In this document: positions 19,025 through 28,758 of the stretch, in pieces
How the letters are laid out: the number at the start of each line of letters is the position of its first letter
Position numbering within the stretch: position 1 is the stretch's first letter
Source of the DNA: a bacterium
GTDB taxonomy: Bacteria > RBG-13-61-14 > DATKZS01
Direction: 5' to 3'
NCBI GenBank assembly: GCA_035527835.1
Contig: DATKZS010000196.1
Coordinates: forward strand, 1,058 to 65,057
DNA: 64,000 bases
Translations under genes and position numbers: made by a program
Notes under the pieces: generated by a model
The model's database searches: none
Told to the model about the DNA's origin: nothing
What the model saw: only the letters and a program-made list of their open reading frames with translations

Positions 19025-19275
19025 ACGCCAAGCGCGCCTACGCCGTCAGCATCAAGCGCTCGGCGGAAAAGGAAATGGACCGCCTGCCCGCGGACATCTT
19101 CGACCGCATCGCCTCCGCAATCCTTGACCTCGAAACCAATCCCCGCCCTCCCGGATGTAAAAAGCTCCGGGGCATCGAAGAATACCGCCTCCGGGTCGGG
19201 CCGTATCGAGTCCTCTATACCATTGACGATCCCGGGAAAAAGGTATTCATCATATCGGTGGGCCATCGCCGGTAA
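19021..19275 (+). CDS. RelE/ParE-family toxin
   Basis: 84 aa. YRVLYTID...KVFIISVGHRR C-terminus characteristic of RelE/ParE. Confidence 0.8.
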   Translation: MNAKRAYAVSIKRSAEKEMDRLPADIFDRIASAILDLETNPRPPGCKKLRGIEEYRLRVGPYRVLYTIDDPGKKVFIISVGHRR

Positions 19276-19356
19276 GTTTACCGCGGCATTTGATGCGCGC
19301 TTTGTGGTTATGGGACCGGCTCCGGTAAAGTCGCTCCCTCAGGCTGGAGACGGGTC

Positions 19357-20817
19357 TTACTCGATGCTTGCGGCCATGACTCGATAGACGAGCGCGATGC
19401 GTCCGTCGCGGTTGAAGGCTCGGAGGAAGAGGTAGGTTAGCCTGAATTTGCCTTGTGGGGTCGTGACCACGGTGTCGCGGTTTTTTGCTGACTTCAGGAA
19501 TCCGAAGCGCTGCCAGTCCACCTGCGAGATGTTGAGCCACACGATCAAGCCCACGTCATGCGTGAGCACCTGCTCCAACACAAAACGGTCCGGGTCATCG
19601 CCTGGCTTGATTTCTCCCCAAGTGTAGGCCTCCCGGCCGGTGGTGTACTTGAAGATCAGCGGGTTCTGCCCCAGCACCGCTTCTTCGCCGGGAACTTGGC
19701 GCAGCGACTTCGCGGCCTCCAGGATCGGGTCCCCCGGCAGCGCGGCCAGTCCGTAAAGATAAAGGCCGCTGACCGCCAGCAGCGGGACCAGCACGCCCGC
19801 CGCCGCGGCCGTCTTCATCCGCGGCTCCCGCTCCGGCCGGCGCGACGCGTCCCATTTCACGAAGCGGTCCAGGCCCAGCGCCGCCGGCGCGAGCACCGCC
19901 GGCATCAGCGCCAGCAGGAACCGGTCCTGGTACCACCACCAGATGACGTGCAGGCCCGTGTAGAGCGCGGCGAACCCGGCGAGGTAAATGAGCCACTTAC
20001 GTTGGAGCCGGGCCAGGCCCAGGGCCGCGGCGGCCAGGGCCACCGGCCCGAAGTCCTTGACCAGGCCCAGGCCGATCTCGGCCAGGTGGAGATGTAACAC
20101 CACCAACTCCAGCCAATAGGAGGTCCTGCTCAGCGTTCCGTAGGTCAAAAGGTTCCGGATCAGCCACGGCGACGCCGCCAGCGCCGTTCCCGCGAGCCCC
20201 TTGATCACGGCGCGTCCGCTGCCGAGGTTGGCGATCACGAACACCAGGACCAGCAGGTAACCCTCGTACCTGGTGATCATGGCAAGCCCCAGCATGAGCC
20301 CCGCCGTAAAAAAGCGCTCCGTGCTCAGCAGCCAGTAAGACAGCAACAGCAGCAGCGTGAAGATGGGCATCACGTTCACGTCCCGGTACTGGTCCCAGCC
20401 CACCGCCATCAGCGCCAGCGCCGCCGCCGCCGTCAGCGCCGCCCAGCGCGAGGCCTGGAGGCGCCGCGCCAGCAGGAACAGGAGCGGAGGCAACATGGCC
20501 CCGCAGCCGACGCTGACCGCCTGCCCCCATTTCTCCACCCCGATCGCGCCGCCCGCCGCCAGGTTGAATAACGCCATCAGGAACGGATAAAACGGCAGGA
20601 ACTTGGCGTACGGCTCTCCCATAACCACGTACCCGCCGCGAAACAGGTTCTCGGCAAGCTCGATGTAAGTAAAACCGTCCGGCGTGACCACGCGGAAAAA
20701 CCAGGCGAGCGCGCCATAGCCCAGCAACCCCGCGCCCAGCAGGATCATCGCGATGCCGCGGTCAGAAGCGGCGTCCCGGCTGTCCGTGCAAATGTTCAGC
20801 AGCTCGTTCCCCCTCAA
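19357..20817 (-). CDS. GT39/GT83-like (PMT/ArnT family) membrane glycosyltransferase
   Basis: DGFTYIELAENL DE-motif in the first periplasmic loop. At least 10 TM helices. The start may be the internal MILLGAGLL. Confidence 0.7.
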   Translation of the reverse strand: MRGNELLNICTDSRDAASDRGIAMILLGAGLLGYGALAWFFRVVTPDGFTYIELAENLFRGGYVVMGEPYAKFLPFYPFLMALFNLAAGGAIGVEKWGQAVSVGCGAMLPPLLFLLARRLQASRWAALTAAAALALMAVGWDQYRDVNVMPIFTLLLLLSYWLLSTERFFTAGLMLGLAMITRYEGYLLVLVFVIANLGSGRAVIKGLAGTALAASPWLIRNLLTYGTLSRTSYWLELVVLHLHLAEIGLGLVKDFGPVALAAAALGLARLQRKWLIYLAGFAALYTGLHVIWWWYQDRFLLALMPAVLAPAALGLDRFVKWDASRRPEREPRMKTAAAAGVLVPLLAVSGLYLYGLAALPGDPILEAAKSLRQVPGEEAVLGQNPLIFKYTTGREAYTWGEIKPGDDPDRFVLEQVLTHDVGLIVWLNISQVDWQRFGFLKSAKNRDTVVTTPQGKFRLTYLFLRAFNRDGRIALVYRVMAASIE

Positions 20818-21467
20818 CTTTTCTGGAGTCCGGCGAGGTCCTTGTTGGCGCCGAGGATGACGAGGAGGTGGGAGGCCTTGATGCGGGTGTCGGGCTCGGG
20901 GATGAAGGTGATTTCCTCGGGGACCTTGTCGCGGATGGCGAGGATCTGGCAGTGGTAGCGCTTTCTGAATTCGAGTTCGAGCAGGGTCTTGCCGACCATT
21001 TCCTTGATGGGTATCATCTCGATGATTGAGAGGTCTGGTCCGAGGGGCAGGTAGTCGGCGATGTTGGCGCCGTGGAGGCTGGAGGCGATGCGGATGCCCA
21101 TGTCGCGCTCGGGGAAGACGATGCGCTGGACGCCGATGAGCTCGAGGATTTTGGCGTGGTCTTCGGAGAGGGCCTTGGCCACGATTTTCTTGACTCCGAG
21201 CTCGCGGAGGTGCATGGCGGCGAGGATGGATGATTCGAGCTTGTCGCCGAGCGACAGGACGACGGCGTCCATGCCGGTTAGGCCGAGCTGTTGGATGGCG
21301 CGGCGGTCGGTGGCGTCGGCGACCACGGCCTTGCTCACGTAGGCCTTGATCTTGTCCACCATGGTCTCGTCGTAATCAATGGCCAGGACGTCGCTTCCCA
21401 GCTCGGCGAGCTTGCGGGCCATGTAATAGCCGAAGCTGCTCATCCCGATTACCGCGATCTGCGCCAT
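20814..21467 (-). CDS. trkA: Trk/Ktr potassium-uptake NAD-binding subunit
   Basis: Rossmann motif IAVIGMSSFG, plus RCK_N and RCK_C domains. 217 aa. Confidence 0.9.
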   Translation of the reverse strand: MAQIAVIGMSSFGYYMARKLAELGSDVLAIDYDETMVDKIKAYVSKAVVADATDRRAIQQLGLTGMDAVVLSLGDKLESSILAAMHLRELGVKKIVAKALSEDHAKILELIGVQRIVFPERDMGIRIASSLHGANIADYLPLGPDLSIIEMIPIKEMVGKTLLELEFRKRYHCQILAIRDKVPEEITFIPEPDTRIKASHLLVILGANKDLAGLQKS

Positions 21468-21493
21468 TCTTCACCTCTCTATTAAAAGATTTT

Positions 21494-21580
21494 CAGACAG
21501 GATGAACAGGATCAACAGGATATTGGGAAGAGGCCATTTGCTTTTTTTCTCATCATCCTGTTAATCCTGTTAATCCTGTC
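21494..21580. repeat. AGGAT-nonamer palindrome, copy 2 (between trkH and trkA, upstream of the trkA start)
   Basis: GACAGGATGAACAGGATCAACAGGAT ... ATCCTGTTAATCCTGTTAATCCTGTC. Confidence 0.75.
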
Positions 21581-21617
21581 TAAAAAATTCTTCATGACTT
21601 CGGTCCGCCGCCCCACC

Positions 21618-23027
21618 CTACCCTATCATGATTTTCTCTTCCGGGAACTTGTAGGCCCGGCCGGCGCGGCGGCGCTCGAGCGCGAACACCAGGGTCAGGG
21701 GTCCGAGCCTGCCGATGAACATGAGGAGCGTGATGAGCAGGCGCCCGCCGTCGCTCAGGTCCGGCGTGATTCCGGTGGACAGGCCGACCGTGCCGAACGC
21801 CGAGACGCTCTCGAACAACAGCTCCATGAACAGGCGGCGGTCAAGGCCCAGCGCCGGGACCTCCACCTCCGCGATCAACAGGACCAGCACGATCAGCCCG
21901 ATCAGGAACAGGGACAGCAGCACCAGCGACAGCGAGTGATCAACGTCGCCGCGGCTCACCGACCGCCCGAACGCCGACGGCGCCGAGAAATTGCGCAGCC
22001 GCGACAGGACCACGATCAGGATCACGCCCGCGGTCGTGACCTTGACGCCGCCGGCCATGGAGCCCGGCGCCGCGCCGATGAACATGAGCACGATCAGCGC
22101 GAACAGCGAGGCGTCCGAGAGCTTCCCGATGTCAACGGTGTTGAACCCGGCGGTGCGGGCCGTGACCGACTGGAACAGGGAGCGGAGCGCGGCCTGGCCC
22201 CAGGGCATGCGCGCGAGCAGGTGGGGCCGCTCCAACCCGTAAAGCAACACCGCGCCGCCCACGATCAAGAGGAGCGTCATCGCCACCACGATCTTGGTAT
22301 GGAAGCTGATGCGGCGCTTGGCCGGGTCCGGGTCGCGCTTCAAGGTGTCCCACAAATCAACCAGCACGAAGAAGCCGATCCCGCCGAGCACGATCAGCGC
22401 CATGACCGTGAAGTTCACCGTCCCGTCGCCCGCGTACTTCATCAGGCTGTCCGCAAACGGCGAGAACCCGGCGTTGCAGAACGCCGACACCGAATGGAAC
22501 AAAGAGAGCCATAGCGCCCGCCCCCACGGATAGTCCCGCACCCACCGCGAAAACAACAGCACCAACCCCGCCCCCTCCGCGCAGAGCGTGAAGATCAGTG
22601 CCCGCGACAGCATCTCGGAGAGGCTGTAGCGCCGGAGCTTCAGAAACGACCCGCTGGCCGCGTCGCTCATCGAAAGCGGCGCCTTGCCCCGCATCATGAA
22701 CAGGATGAAGGTCCCGAACGTCATGATCCCGAACCCGCCGAACTGGATCATGCCAAGGATCGCGGCCTGGCCGAAGTCCGTGAACGCCGTGCCCGTGTCC
22801 ACCACCGTAAGCCCGGTCACGCACACCGCCGAAGTCGCCGTGAACAGAGCGTCAACAAAGCTCAAGGACTTGACGTGCGAGATCGGGAGCATCAGGACAA
22901 GGGCCCCAACCAGGATCACCGAGCCGAAGCTCAAGATGGCGAGCTGGCCCGCGTTCATCCGGCGCCAGACCTGGCTGAAAAATCGCCGCATGCAGGCAAT
23001 TGTAATGAGAGCGGGGAGGAGAGTCAA
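21618..23027 (-). CDS. trkH: Trk/Ktr potassium-uptake membrane subunit
   Basis: 469-aa polytopic protein with repeated pore-loop GxG segments typical of TrkH/KtrB. Start is uncertain because the 5' end abuts a GC-rich octamer repeat tract. Confidence 0.88.
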   Translation of the reverse strand: MTLLPALITIACMRRFFSQVWRRMNAGQLAILSFGSVILVGALVLMLPISHVKSLSFVDALFTATSAVCVTGLTVVDTGTAFTDFGQAAILGMIQFGGFGIMTFGTFILFMMRGKAPLSMSDAASGSFLKLRRYSLSEMLSRALIFTLCAEGAGLVLLFSRWVRDYPWGRALWLSLFHSVSAFCNAGFSPFADSLMKYAGDGTVNFTVMALIVLGGIGFFVLVDLWDTLKRDPDPAKRRISFHTKIVVAMTLLLIVGGAVLLYGLERPHLLARMPWGQAALRSLFQSVTARTAGFNTVDIGKLSDASLFALIVLMFIGAAPGSMAGGVKVTTAGVILIVVLSRLRNFSAPSAFGRSVSRGDVDHSLSLVLLSLFLIGLIVLVLLIAEVEVPALGLDRRLFMELLFESVSAFGTVGLSTGITPDLSDGGRLLITLLMFIGRLGPLTLVFALERRRAGRAYKFPEEKIMIG

Positions 23028-23029
23028 AA

Positions 23030-23160
23030 GGGGAGTGGGGCTTGAGGCCTGGGGCTTGGGGCTTGGGGCGTGAGGCCTGGGGCTTGGGGCGTGGGGCCTG
23101 GGGCTTGGGGCGTGAGGCCTGGGGCCTGGGGCTTGGGGCGTGAGGCGTGAGGCAAGAGCG
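23030..23160. repeat. GC-rich variant octamer tandem repeat (GGGGCKTG/AGGCCTGG)n, about 16 units
   Basis: Direct tandem array immediately upstream of the trkH 5' end. Confidence 0.8.
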
Positions 23161-23202
23161 CTTCATAGTTTACTGTTTCAATCTGATTGGCTCTTTTTCT
23201 AC

Positions 23203-23302
23203 AGCCCTGAAAGGGCAATAATAAGATAGCCCAGGGTTGGCCGTCCTCGGCCTACCCTGGGATATCGGCGTCCATAATATCCTTTTCAGCCCTGAAGGGG
23301 CG
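23203..23302 (-). repeat. REP-like triple-hairpin element, copy 4 (reverse orientation, 3' of the FmdE gene)
   Basis: Reverse complement matches the 15981-16080 copy over about 100 nt. Confidence 0.8.
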
Positions 23303-23431
23303 TAATAAAAACGGGCAATGGCATCTGAGATCAAACAAGGGAAGGCTTATTAATTCCGAAAAACTATAATGTTGCAGGCACGCGGCCCAGGTTTTCAACC
23401 TGTGCCCTCCCCAAACCTCAAACCCCAAACC

Positions 23432-24022
23432 TCAAACCTTTTCCGCGCACGGAATGCAGAGCACCTTGCCTTTCACTTTCCTCGTCCGCGTGTCCATCAC
23501 CGGCTCGCCGCAGGAGGCGCAGATCAGGCTCTGGTGGATCTCGGCCTCGGCGGGGAGCGTGATCCTCACGTTCTTGATGTTGAAGAGGTCATCGTCCTTG
23601 GCGGTGAGGAGCATTTTCACGCGGTCCTCGCGGCTGGGCGCGGGCCTGGCGAACACGTCCGGCCGGAGCGCCACCCGCACCGCTTTTCCGCCGGGCCTTT
23701 TCGCGAACGTGAACACCTGCTTGCCGTAGTCGCGGAAAAACAGGTTGCCCTTGCCGAAGGTCGCGCCCGTCAAGAACTGCACCGCGTCCACGGCACAGGA
23801 GTTGTTCTCCACGATGGCAATCAGCTCCTCGTCGCCCGACCGCCTCCCCCGGAGCCTCTTCATCCCCGCCTTCGCCGCCCGATAGCCGATCAGGAGCCCG
23901 GGGCAGAGGTGGCCGTGGAAGGAAACAACACCACTCAACTCTCTATTTAATTTCAACTCCTTTTTGCGGCTGTTTCTTGTCGTCATTAGGATCATACCTC
24001 CATTCTGCATGCTGGATTCCAC
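23432..24022 (-). CDS. FmdE/FwdE-family protein with C-terminal zinc ribbon
   Basis: FHGHLCPGLLIGYRA motif of PF02663. C-terminal CxxC...CxxC. Confidence 0.75.
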   Translation of the reverse strand: MESSMQNGGMILMTTRNSRKKELKLNRELSGVVSFHGHLCPGLLIGYRAAKAGMKRLRGRRSGDEELIAIVENNSCAVDAVQFLTGATFGKGNLFFRDYGKQVFTFAKRPGGKAVRVALRPDVFARPAPSREDRVKMLLTAKDDDLFNIKNVRITLPAEAEIHQSLICASCGEPVMDTRTRKVKGKVLCIPCAEKV

Positions 24023-24116
24023 CCTTCTGAACCTATGGCCAGCTATTATTCAGCCGACCCCTGGTGGTAATCTCTTTTAATGATGACGAATCCAGCATTA
24101 TGTTTCATTGGCGGAC

Positions 24117-25865
24117 CTATTCCGATTGTTCCGGCCTCGGTATGATTTTAAATCCATCAAGCGTCATCCAGGTTTTCCGTTCCGCTTCCCGGTAGATGCT
24201 TTCCGCATCCTGATGGATGAAATCCTCCCGGAAAGGCCAGGATTGAACCTCCGCAGTGCCATCTTCGATGACGTACGAAAAAATGATGGACTTGCCATCG
24301 GAAGAAAAAAACGCCCTGGTTAATTGATAATGACGTTCGACCGGGCCGGCCCAGATATTATCCCAGAAAAAGCTCATGAGCGGCGACCAATCGCTGGTTT
24401 GCCAAAGATGAGCCACATCCTTCTGGAGAAGAAAATACTTGCCGTTAGGACTAAATGAAATGTCGTAGCCGGGCGTGTCTCCTATATTAATACTTAATTC
24501 GAGCTCTTTTGACTCGGTATTCCAGACCCGGAGCGCCGCCTGGTGGCAACCGCTATTATTAGGATCATATTCATCGCATCCCGAGGCCACAATGAATTTT
24601 CCATCGGGAGTAAATTGGAATGGGCCGACATAGCCTGCGAAGGATCTGATATTCCCGATGGTGCTCCCGTCCTGAGCCGAAAAAATGTCAATGGTGCCAT
24701 CATGTCCACTGGCAATATACCTTCCCTCCGGGGAGAAGACCACTCTGTTCGCCGTATAACGGAATCCCTGATTATTGAATTGTCTTAGTCTCTGGCCGGT
24801 TTCCACATTCCAAAGCTGGAAGAAATCACCTCCACAACTGAGGGCACGACTCCCGGTTGGAGAAAATATCAGCCTATAGATTTTCGCGCCCTTTCCGTCA
24901 CCGTTAAAGGTTTTAAGGACTTTGCCGGAATTCATGTCCCATAGTTTCAACCTAGTCTTGGTGCAATTCTCATTTTTATCCTGGCCATTGCATTCCGCGG
25001 AAATGCCGATTTTTCCGTCAGGCGAAATGGCGGCCGAGGTAATGGACCCGTCGCTGAATTCGATCGTCCGTTCTTTTTTAAATGAATCCAGGTTCCAGAC
25101 CGTTATTTCTTCAGGCCGCAAGGAAACGCCTCGTTTGCCGTCGGAGGAGAAAACAAAGCCAGGATAAATTATTCCCCTGTCTTCCTTGGGCGCGATCGTG
25201 ATCGTCTTATCCTTTTCGCCCAGCTTGCGGACATAGATGGTCCAATACTGGCTGCTACTGAAGAACTTGCCGTCGAGAGAAATATTCGAGACATGGGCAT
25301 CAACTCCCTCTTCTAAAAAGACTTGATCTCCTTTATTGAACAGATAGTTATCATCCTGCAGATAATACAGGTAGGTCTTTGCCTCTTGCCGGCCCAGGAT
25401 GAGGGATTGGGCAAAGTAGAGTCTGGAAGCGCCCAGATAATCAAATGACGAGGCGCTTCTTGCCATTGCCAACGCAAGCCTGCCCAGTTGCAGGTAGGCC
25501 TCGGCCTGCTGCTCTTTGGGCTTTCGCGCGATCTGCTCGGCCAGATCAAGCCGCGCCAGGGCTTCATCCCTTTCTCTTTCGGCCTTTCCTTTTTCTCCCT
25601 GGGCTTCTCTGGCCGCATCAAATTTTTCCGCCGCCCGCTGGTTGGCGTAGGCAATTTCAAACCGTTGGTGAGAAATTATCTTCCTTGACTCTTCCACTTG
25701 GCTGCATGCGAAACATATTTCGCTATGCCTCATCATGCTGAGCCGCAGAAAAAGGAAAATAGAAAGTGCGAGGACCAGCACGAGAGCCAGGATGAAGGCC
25801 CGACTCCATCTGACTCTCGGCGGCTTTTTTCGATTCTCCGATCCTGGGTTCCGGCTTGCAGTCAT
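24117..25865 (-). CDS. membrane-anchored WD40/beta-propeller repeat protein
   Basis: N-terminal TM segment (AFILALVLVLALSIFLF). Coiled and TPR-like linker. Multiple WD-like repeats (SPDGK, SPTGSR, SPEGRYIASGHDG, TPDGKF, SPNGKY). Confidence 0.75.
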   Translation of the reverse strand: MTASRNPGSENRKKPPRVRWSRAFILALVLVLALSIFLFLRLSMMRHSEICFACSQVEESRKIISHQRFEIAYANQRAAEKFDAAREAQGEKGKAERERDEALARLDLAEQIARKPKEQQAEAYLQLGRLALAMARSASSFDYLGASRLYFAQSLILGRQEAKTYLYYLQDDNYLFNKGDQVFLEEGVDAHVSNISLDGKFFSSSQYWTIYVRKLGEKDKTITIAPKEDRGIIYPGFVFSSDGKRGVSLRPEEITVWNLDSFKKERTIEFSDGSITSAAISPDGKIGISAECNGQDKNENCTKTRLKLWDMNSGKVLKTFNGDGKGAKIYRLIFSPTGSRALSCGGDFFQLWNVETGQRLRQFNNQGFRYTANRVVFSPEGRYIASGHDGTIDIFSAQDGSTIGNIRSFAGYVGPFQFTPDGKFIVASGCDEYDPNNSGCHQAALRVWNTESKELELSINIGDTPGYDISFSPNGKYFLLQKDVAHLWQTSDWSPLMSFFWDNIWAGPVERHYQLTRAFFSSDGKSIIFSYVIEDGTAEVQSWPFREDFIHQDAESIYREAERKTWMTLDGFKIIPRPEQSE

Positions 25866-25959
25866 GGTTAATCAGCCTTTCATGGCGCCTTCAGCGCTCA
25901 AAGAGCCGAGTGGAACCGCGTTCTTATCCAGCACGGGTCGCGCGGCGGAGCGGAATGGG

Positions 25960-26328
25960 TCAGAGCTTTGCAGCCAAATTCCTTTCTCGGTGCCTTGTCT
26001 CTTCAACCACCACGATGGTCCCCTTCTCCAGGGCGGACGTGGAATCCTTCAGGACTTTGCGGAGTCGCTCGATCACGTGTTCACTCCTGCAGTCATGAAG
26101 CCTGAAAATGACGACACTCACGAGACGACCACCAGAGAGGGAGATTATCTCCCCGAAATCGAGGTCAAAGGTCAGCAGGACCCTTTTTTCGGAAAAGGCC
26201 TTCTCGAATATGGCGCCGTTGGGGAGACGCTGCAGGTTTTCATCCCGGAGGTGGACAGCGTCGTGCCCTTCGGCGCGGAGATACTGCATCACGCGTTGTG
26301 ACACGCCCATGTCGGCAAGGAATCGCAT
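25960..26328 (-). CDS. DUF5615-family PIN-like putative toxin
   Basis: MRFLADMGVS...LLTFDLDFGE pattern. Lies immediately downstream of a DUF433 gene. Confidence 0.7.
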   Translation of the reverse strand: MRFLADMGVSQRVMQYLRAEGHDAVHLRDENLQRLPNGAIFEKAFSEKRVLLTFDLDFGEIISLSGGRLVSVVIFRLHDCRSEHVIERLRKVLKDSTSALEKGTIVVVEETRHRERNLAAKL

Positions 26329-26334
26329 CCGTCC

Positions 26335-26556
26335 CTACCCGGAATGAACTTCTTCCTGAGCGAGCCAGGCCGCGTATTCCAGGGACTGCTGGATGTCCTC
26401 CGGCTCCAAGTCGGGATAGTCGTCAAGGATCTCCCGTGGCGTTGCGCCGTGGGCGATCTGGCCCACGATCACTGAGACCGGGATCCTCATGCCCCGGATG
26501 CAGGCCCGGCCGCCCATGATCCCGGTATCAAAGGTTATGCGCTCGAATGTCTCCAT
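26335..26556 (-). CDS. DUF433-family putative antitoxin
   Basis: GGRACIRGMRIPV signature of DUF433. 73 aa. Confidence 0.75.
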   Translation of the reverse strand: METFERITFDTGIMGGRACIRGMRIPVSVIVGQIAHGATPREILDDYPDLEPEDIQQSLEYAAWLAQEEVHSG

Positions 26557-26664
26557 GACTTTTGCCTCCTCTGGTTATGTTAGCATATGAGAGCACCAAT
26601 CTATAAATAGAGCTAACTCCGTCCCTTCTTAACCTCAAACCCCAAACCTCAAACCACAAACCTC

Positions 26665-27849
26665 TCAATCATACCCGATGGACTTCATCCCGTTCGAGAG
26701 CACGTCCCTTGAGATGATGAGGCGCTGGATTTCGGAGGTTCCTTCATAGATGCGCATGGCCCGGACCTCGCGGTAGACGGCCTCGATGGGTCCTTCCTTC
26801 ATGTAGCCCATGCCGCCGAAGAGCTGAACCGCGCGGTCGGCGATGCGGCCGACGGCCTCGGTGCAGAAGAGCTTGACCATGCTGGCGCGGGCGCGGTCGC
26901 GGTCGCCCTGGTCCAGGCGCCAGGCGGAGTCGTAGACCATGGTCTTCATGGCGTAGAGCTCGGTGATCATGTCGGCCAACATCCACTGGATGGCCTGGAA
27001 CTCGGCGATGGGCTTGCCGAACTGGACGCGGACCTGGGCGTGCCCGCGGCAGAGCTCGATCAGCCGCCGCGAGATGCCGATGGAGCGCGCGCCCTGCGAC
27101 AGCCTCCCCTCTTCCAGCACCCGCATCGCGATTTCGAAGCCCTGGCCCTCCCGGCCCAAGAGGTTCGCGGCCGGGACCTCGCAGTCCTCGAAAATCAGCT
27201 CGCACTGCTTGCAGATGTCCGTGCCCATCGAGTCCTGGAGCTTCCCGATCGTGAAGCCCGGCGTGCCCTTCTCCACCACGAACGCGCTCATGCCCTTCCT
27301 GCCCTTTGACTTGTCCGTCACCGCCACCACCGTGTGCACGTCCGAGATGTCGGCCTTGGTGATGAAATGCTTCATGCCGTTGAGCACGTACTGGTCGCCC
27401 TTCTTGTCGGCCTTGGTGAGGATGGAGGACGCGTCGGAGCCGGCGTTGGGCTCGGTGAGCGCGAAGCACGAGAGCAGCTCGCCCGTTGCCATGCGCGGCA
27501 GGAACTTCTGTTTCTGCTCCTCGCTCCCGTAGTACACGAGGCCGAGCGAGCCGATGCCGATGTTGCCGCTGATTAAAAAGCAATAGGCCAGGTTGGCGCG
27601 CGCCAGCTCCTCCTGGATCAGCATGCACTCCACCGTGGACATGCCCATGCCGCCGTACTCCTGCGGCACCGTGATCCCGAACAGCCCCATCTCCTTCATC
27701 TGCGCCGCGATCTTGTCCGGAATCTTCTTCTCATGCTCCACCTGCTCATTGATCGGGATCAACTCCTTGTCCACGAACCGACGGATGTTGTCCCGCAATA
27801 CCCGGTACTCCTCGGGAAACTCGAAATCCATGTCACTCCTCCTTGATAA
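26665..27849 (-). CDS. acyl-CoA dehydrogenase
   Basis: 394-aa protein starting at MDFEFPEEY. ACAD N-terminal, middle and C-terminal domain motifs (CFALTEPNAGSD, YEGTSEIQRLII). Confidence 0.92.
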   Translation of the reverse strand, partial: LSRRSDMDFEFPEEYRVLRDNIRRFVDKELIPINEQVEHEKKIPDKIAAQMKEMGLFGITVPQEYGGMGMSTVECMLIQEELARANLAYCFLISGNIGIGSLGLVYYGSEEQKQKFLPRMATGELLSCFALTEPNAGSDASSILTKADKKGDQYVLNGMKHFITKADISDVHTVVAVTDKSKGRKGMSAFVVEKGTPGFTIGKLQDSMGTDICKQCELIFEDCEVPAANLLGREGQGFEIAMRVLEEGRLSQGARSIGISRRLIELCRGHAQVRVQFGKPIAEFQAIQWMLADMITELYAMKTMVYDSAWRLDQGDRDRARASMVKLFCTEAVGRIADRAVQLFGGMGYMKEGPIEAVYREVRAMRIYEGTSEIQRLIISRDVLSNGMKSIGYD

Positions 27850-28093
27850 TGGTGTTACACCTCGATCACCCGGCCACCGGCCGGAGGCCGCCTCCCACAT
27901 TCCCCGCGGCCAGATGTAACATATCAGGGCGGGGCGGGGATAATCAAGAAGGGAGCAGGCAAGGCGGGTTGCGCAGTGCAGCCCCGGGAGGGGCGGGCGA
28001 AAGTAGCCCAGCAATTCATTGCTGGGTGGGCCGGCAGCACCGATGCCCCGAGTCCCGGAGGGACGACCGAGTCTTGCTCAACTCATGATCGTC

Positions 28094-28177
28094 CGTCCCT
28101 ACGGGACTTGGCGGTTTTTTCCCGCCCAGTTCCCAGGAATAAATTCCCGGACTACTCTCGAAATGTCCCTCCGGGAC
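28094..28177. repeat. GTCCC-CGGGAC palindromic element, copy 2
   Basis: GTCCCTACGGGAC ... CCCAGGAATAAATTCCCGG ... GTCCCTCCGGGAC. Confidence 0.7.
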
Positions 28178-28270
28178 TACAATACTTCAAGGCCAGAAAG
28201 TTCTGAAATTCAGTAACACTTGAATCATGGCGATGGTTAATCATTGAAGAGATCAAACGACGGATTCCGC

Positions 28271-28510
28271 TCAGCCCGTCAGCTTTATTTTTTCCGACTG
28301 GCCGGAGACCTGGTTGACGAATTCGAGCAGGCCGGAGGGGGAGGAGGCGAGCTGGTCGTTGGCGTTGAGGAATTCGATGCCGTAGACGGAGCCGTCGGGC
28401 GCGATGTCAACGTTGAGCTCATCGCTGATATGGAGAGTTGTGACCTCCGCGCCGTTCTCGCGGAGCCGGAGATAAGCAATGTTGTATTTGGGATCATAAG
28501 TCAGCTTCAT
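28271..28510 (-). CDS. DUF2283-family protein (solitary)
   Basis: MKLTYDPKYNIAYLRL...IEFLNAN typical of DUF2283. No DUF4258 partner is adjacent. Confidence 0.6.
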   Translation of the reverse strand: MKLTYDPKYNIAYLRLRENGAEVTTLHISDELNVDIAPDGSVYGIEFLNANDQLASSPSGLLEFVNQVSGQSEKIKLTG

Positions 28511-28758
28511 GGGCGTCCCTCCCGGCCATGCGCGTTATCGCCTGAGGGTGAATCCGAACGTTCATCGTAATGTTCATTCTAACTTATCATGCCGGTGATT
28601 TTCAATCTTACATCGAAGTTAACGATTCAGCCGCCTCGATAAAGGAGAGATCAATGAAAGCGGCGTCATGCCGCCGCACTCCAGGGTTATTTTTGAACCT
28701 CCTCCCGGGATGGTGTATGTTGAAGGGTACTTTATTTTTTCCGGGAGGTATTTTCAAG

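Noticed and set aside
22852-23218. ORFs encoding PKPQAPRPKPQA repeats upstream of trkH
   Set aside because: This is a translation of the GC-rich octamer tandem array, not a proline-rich protein gene.
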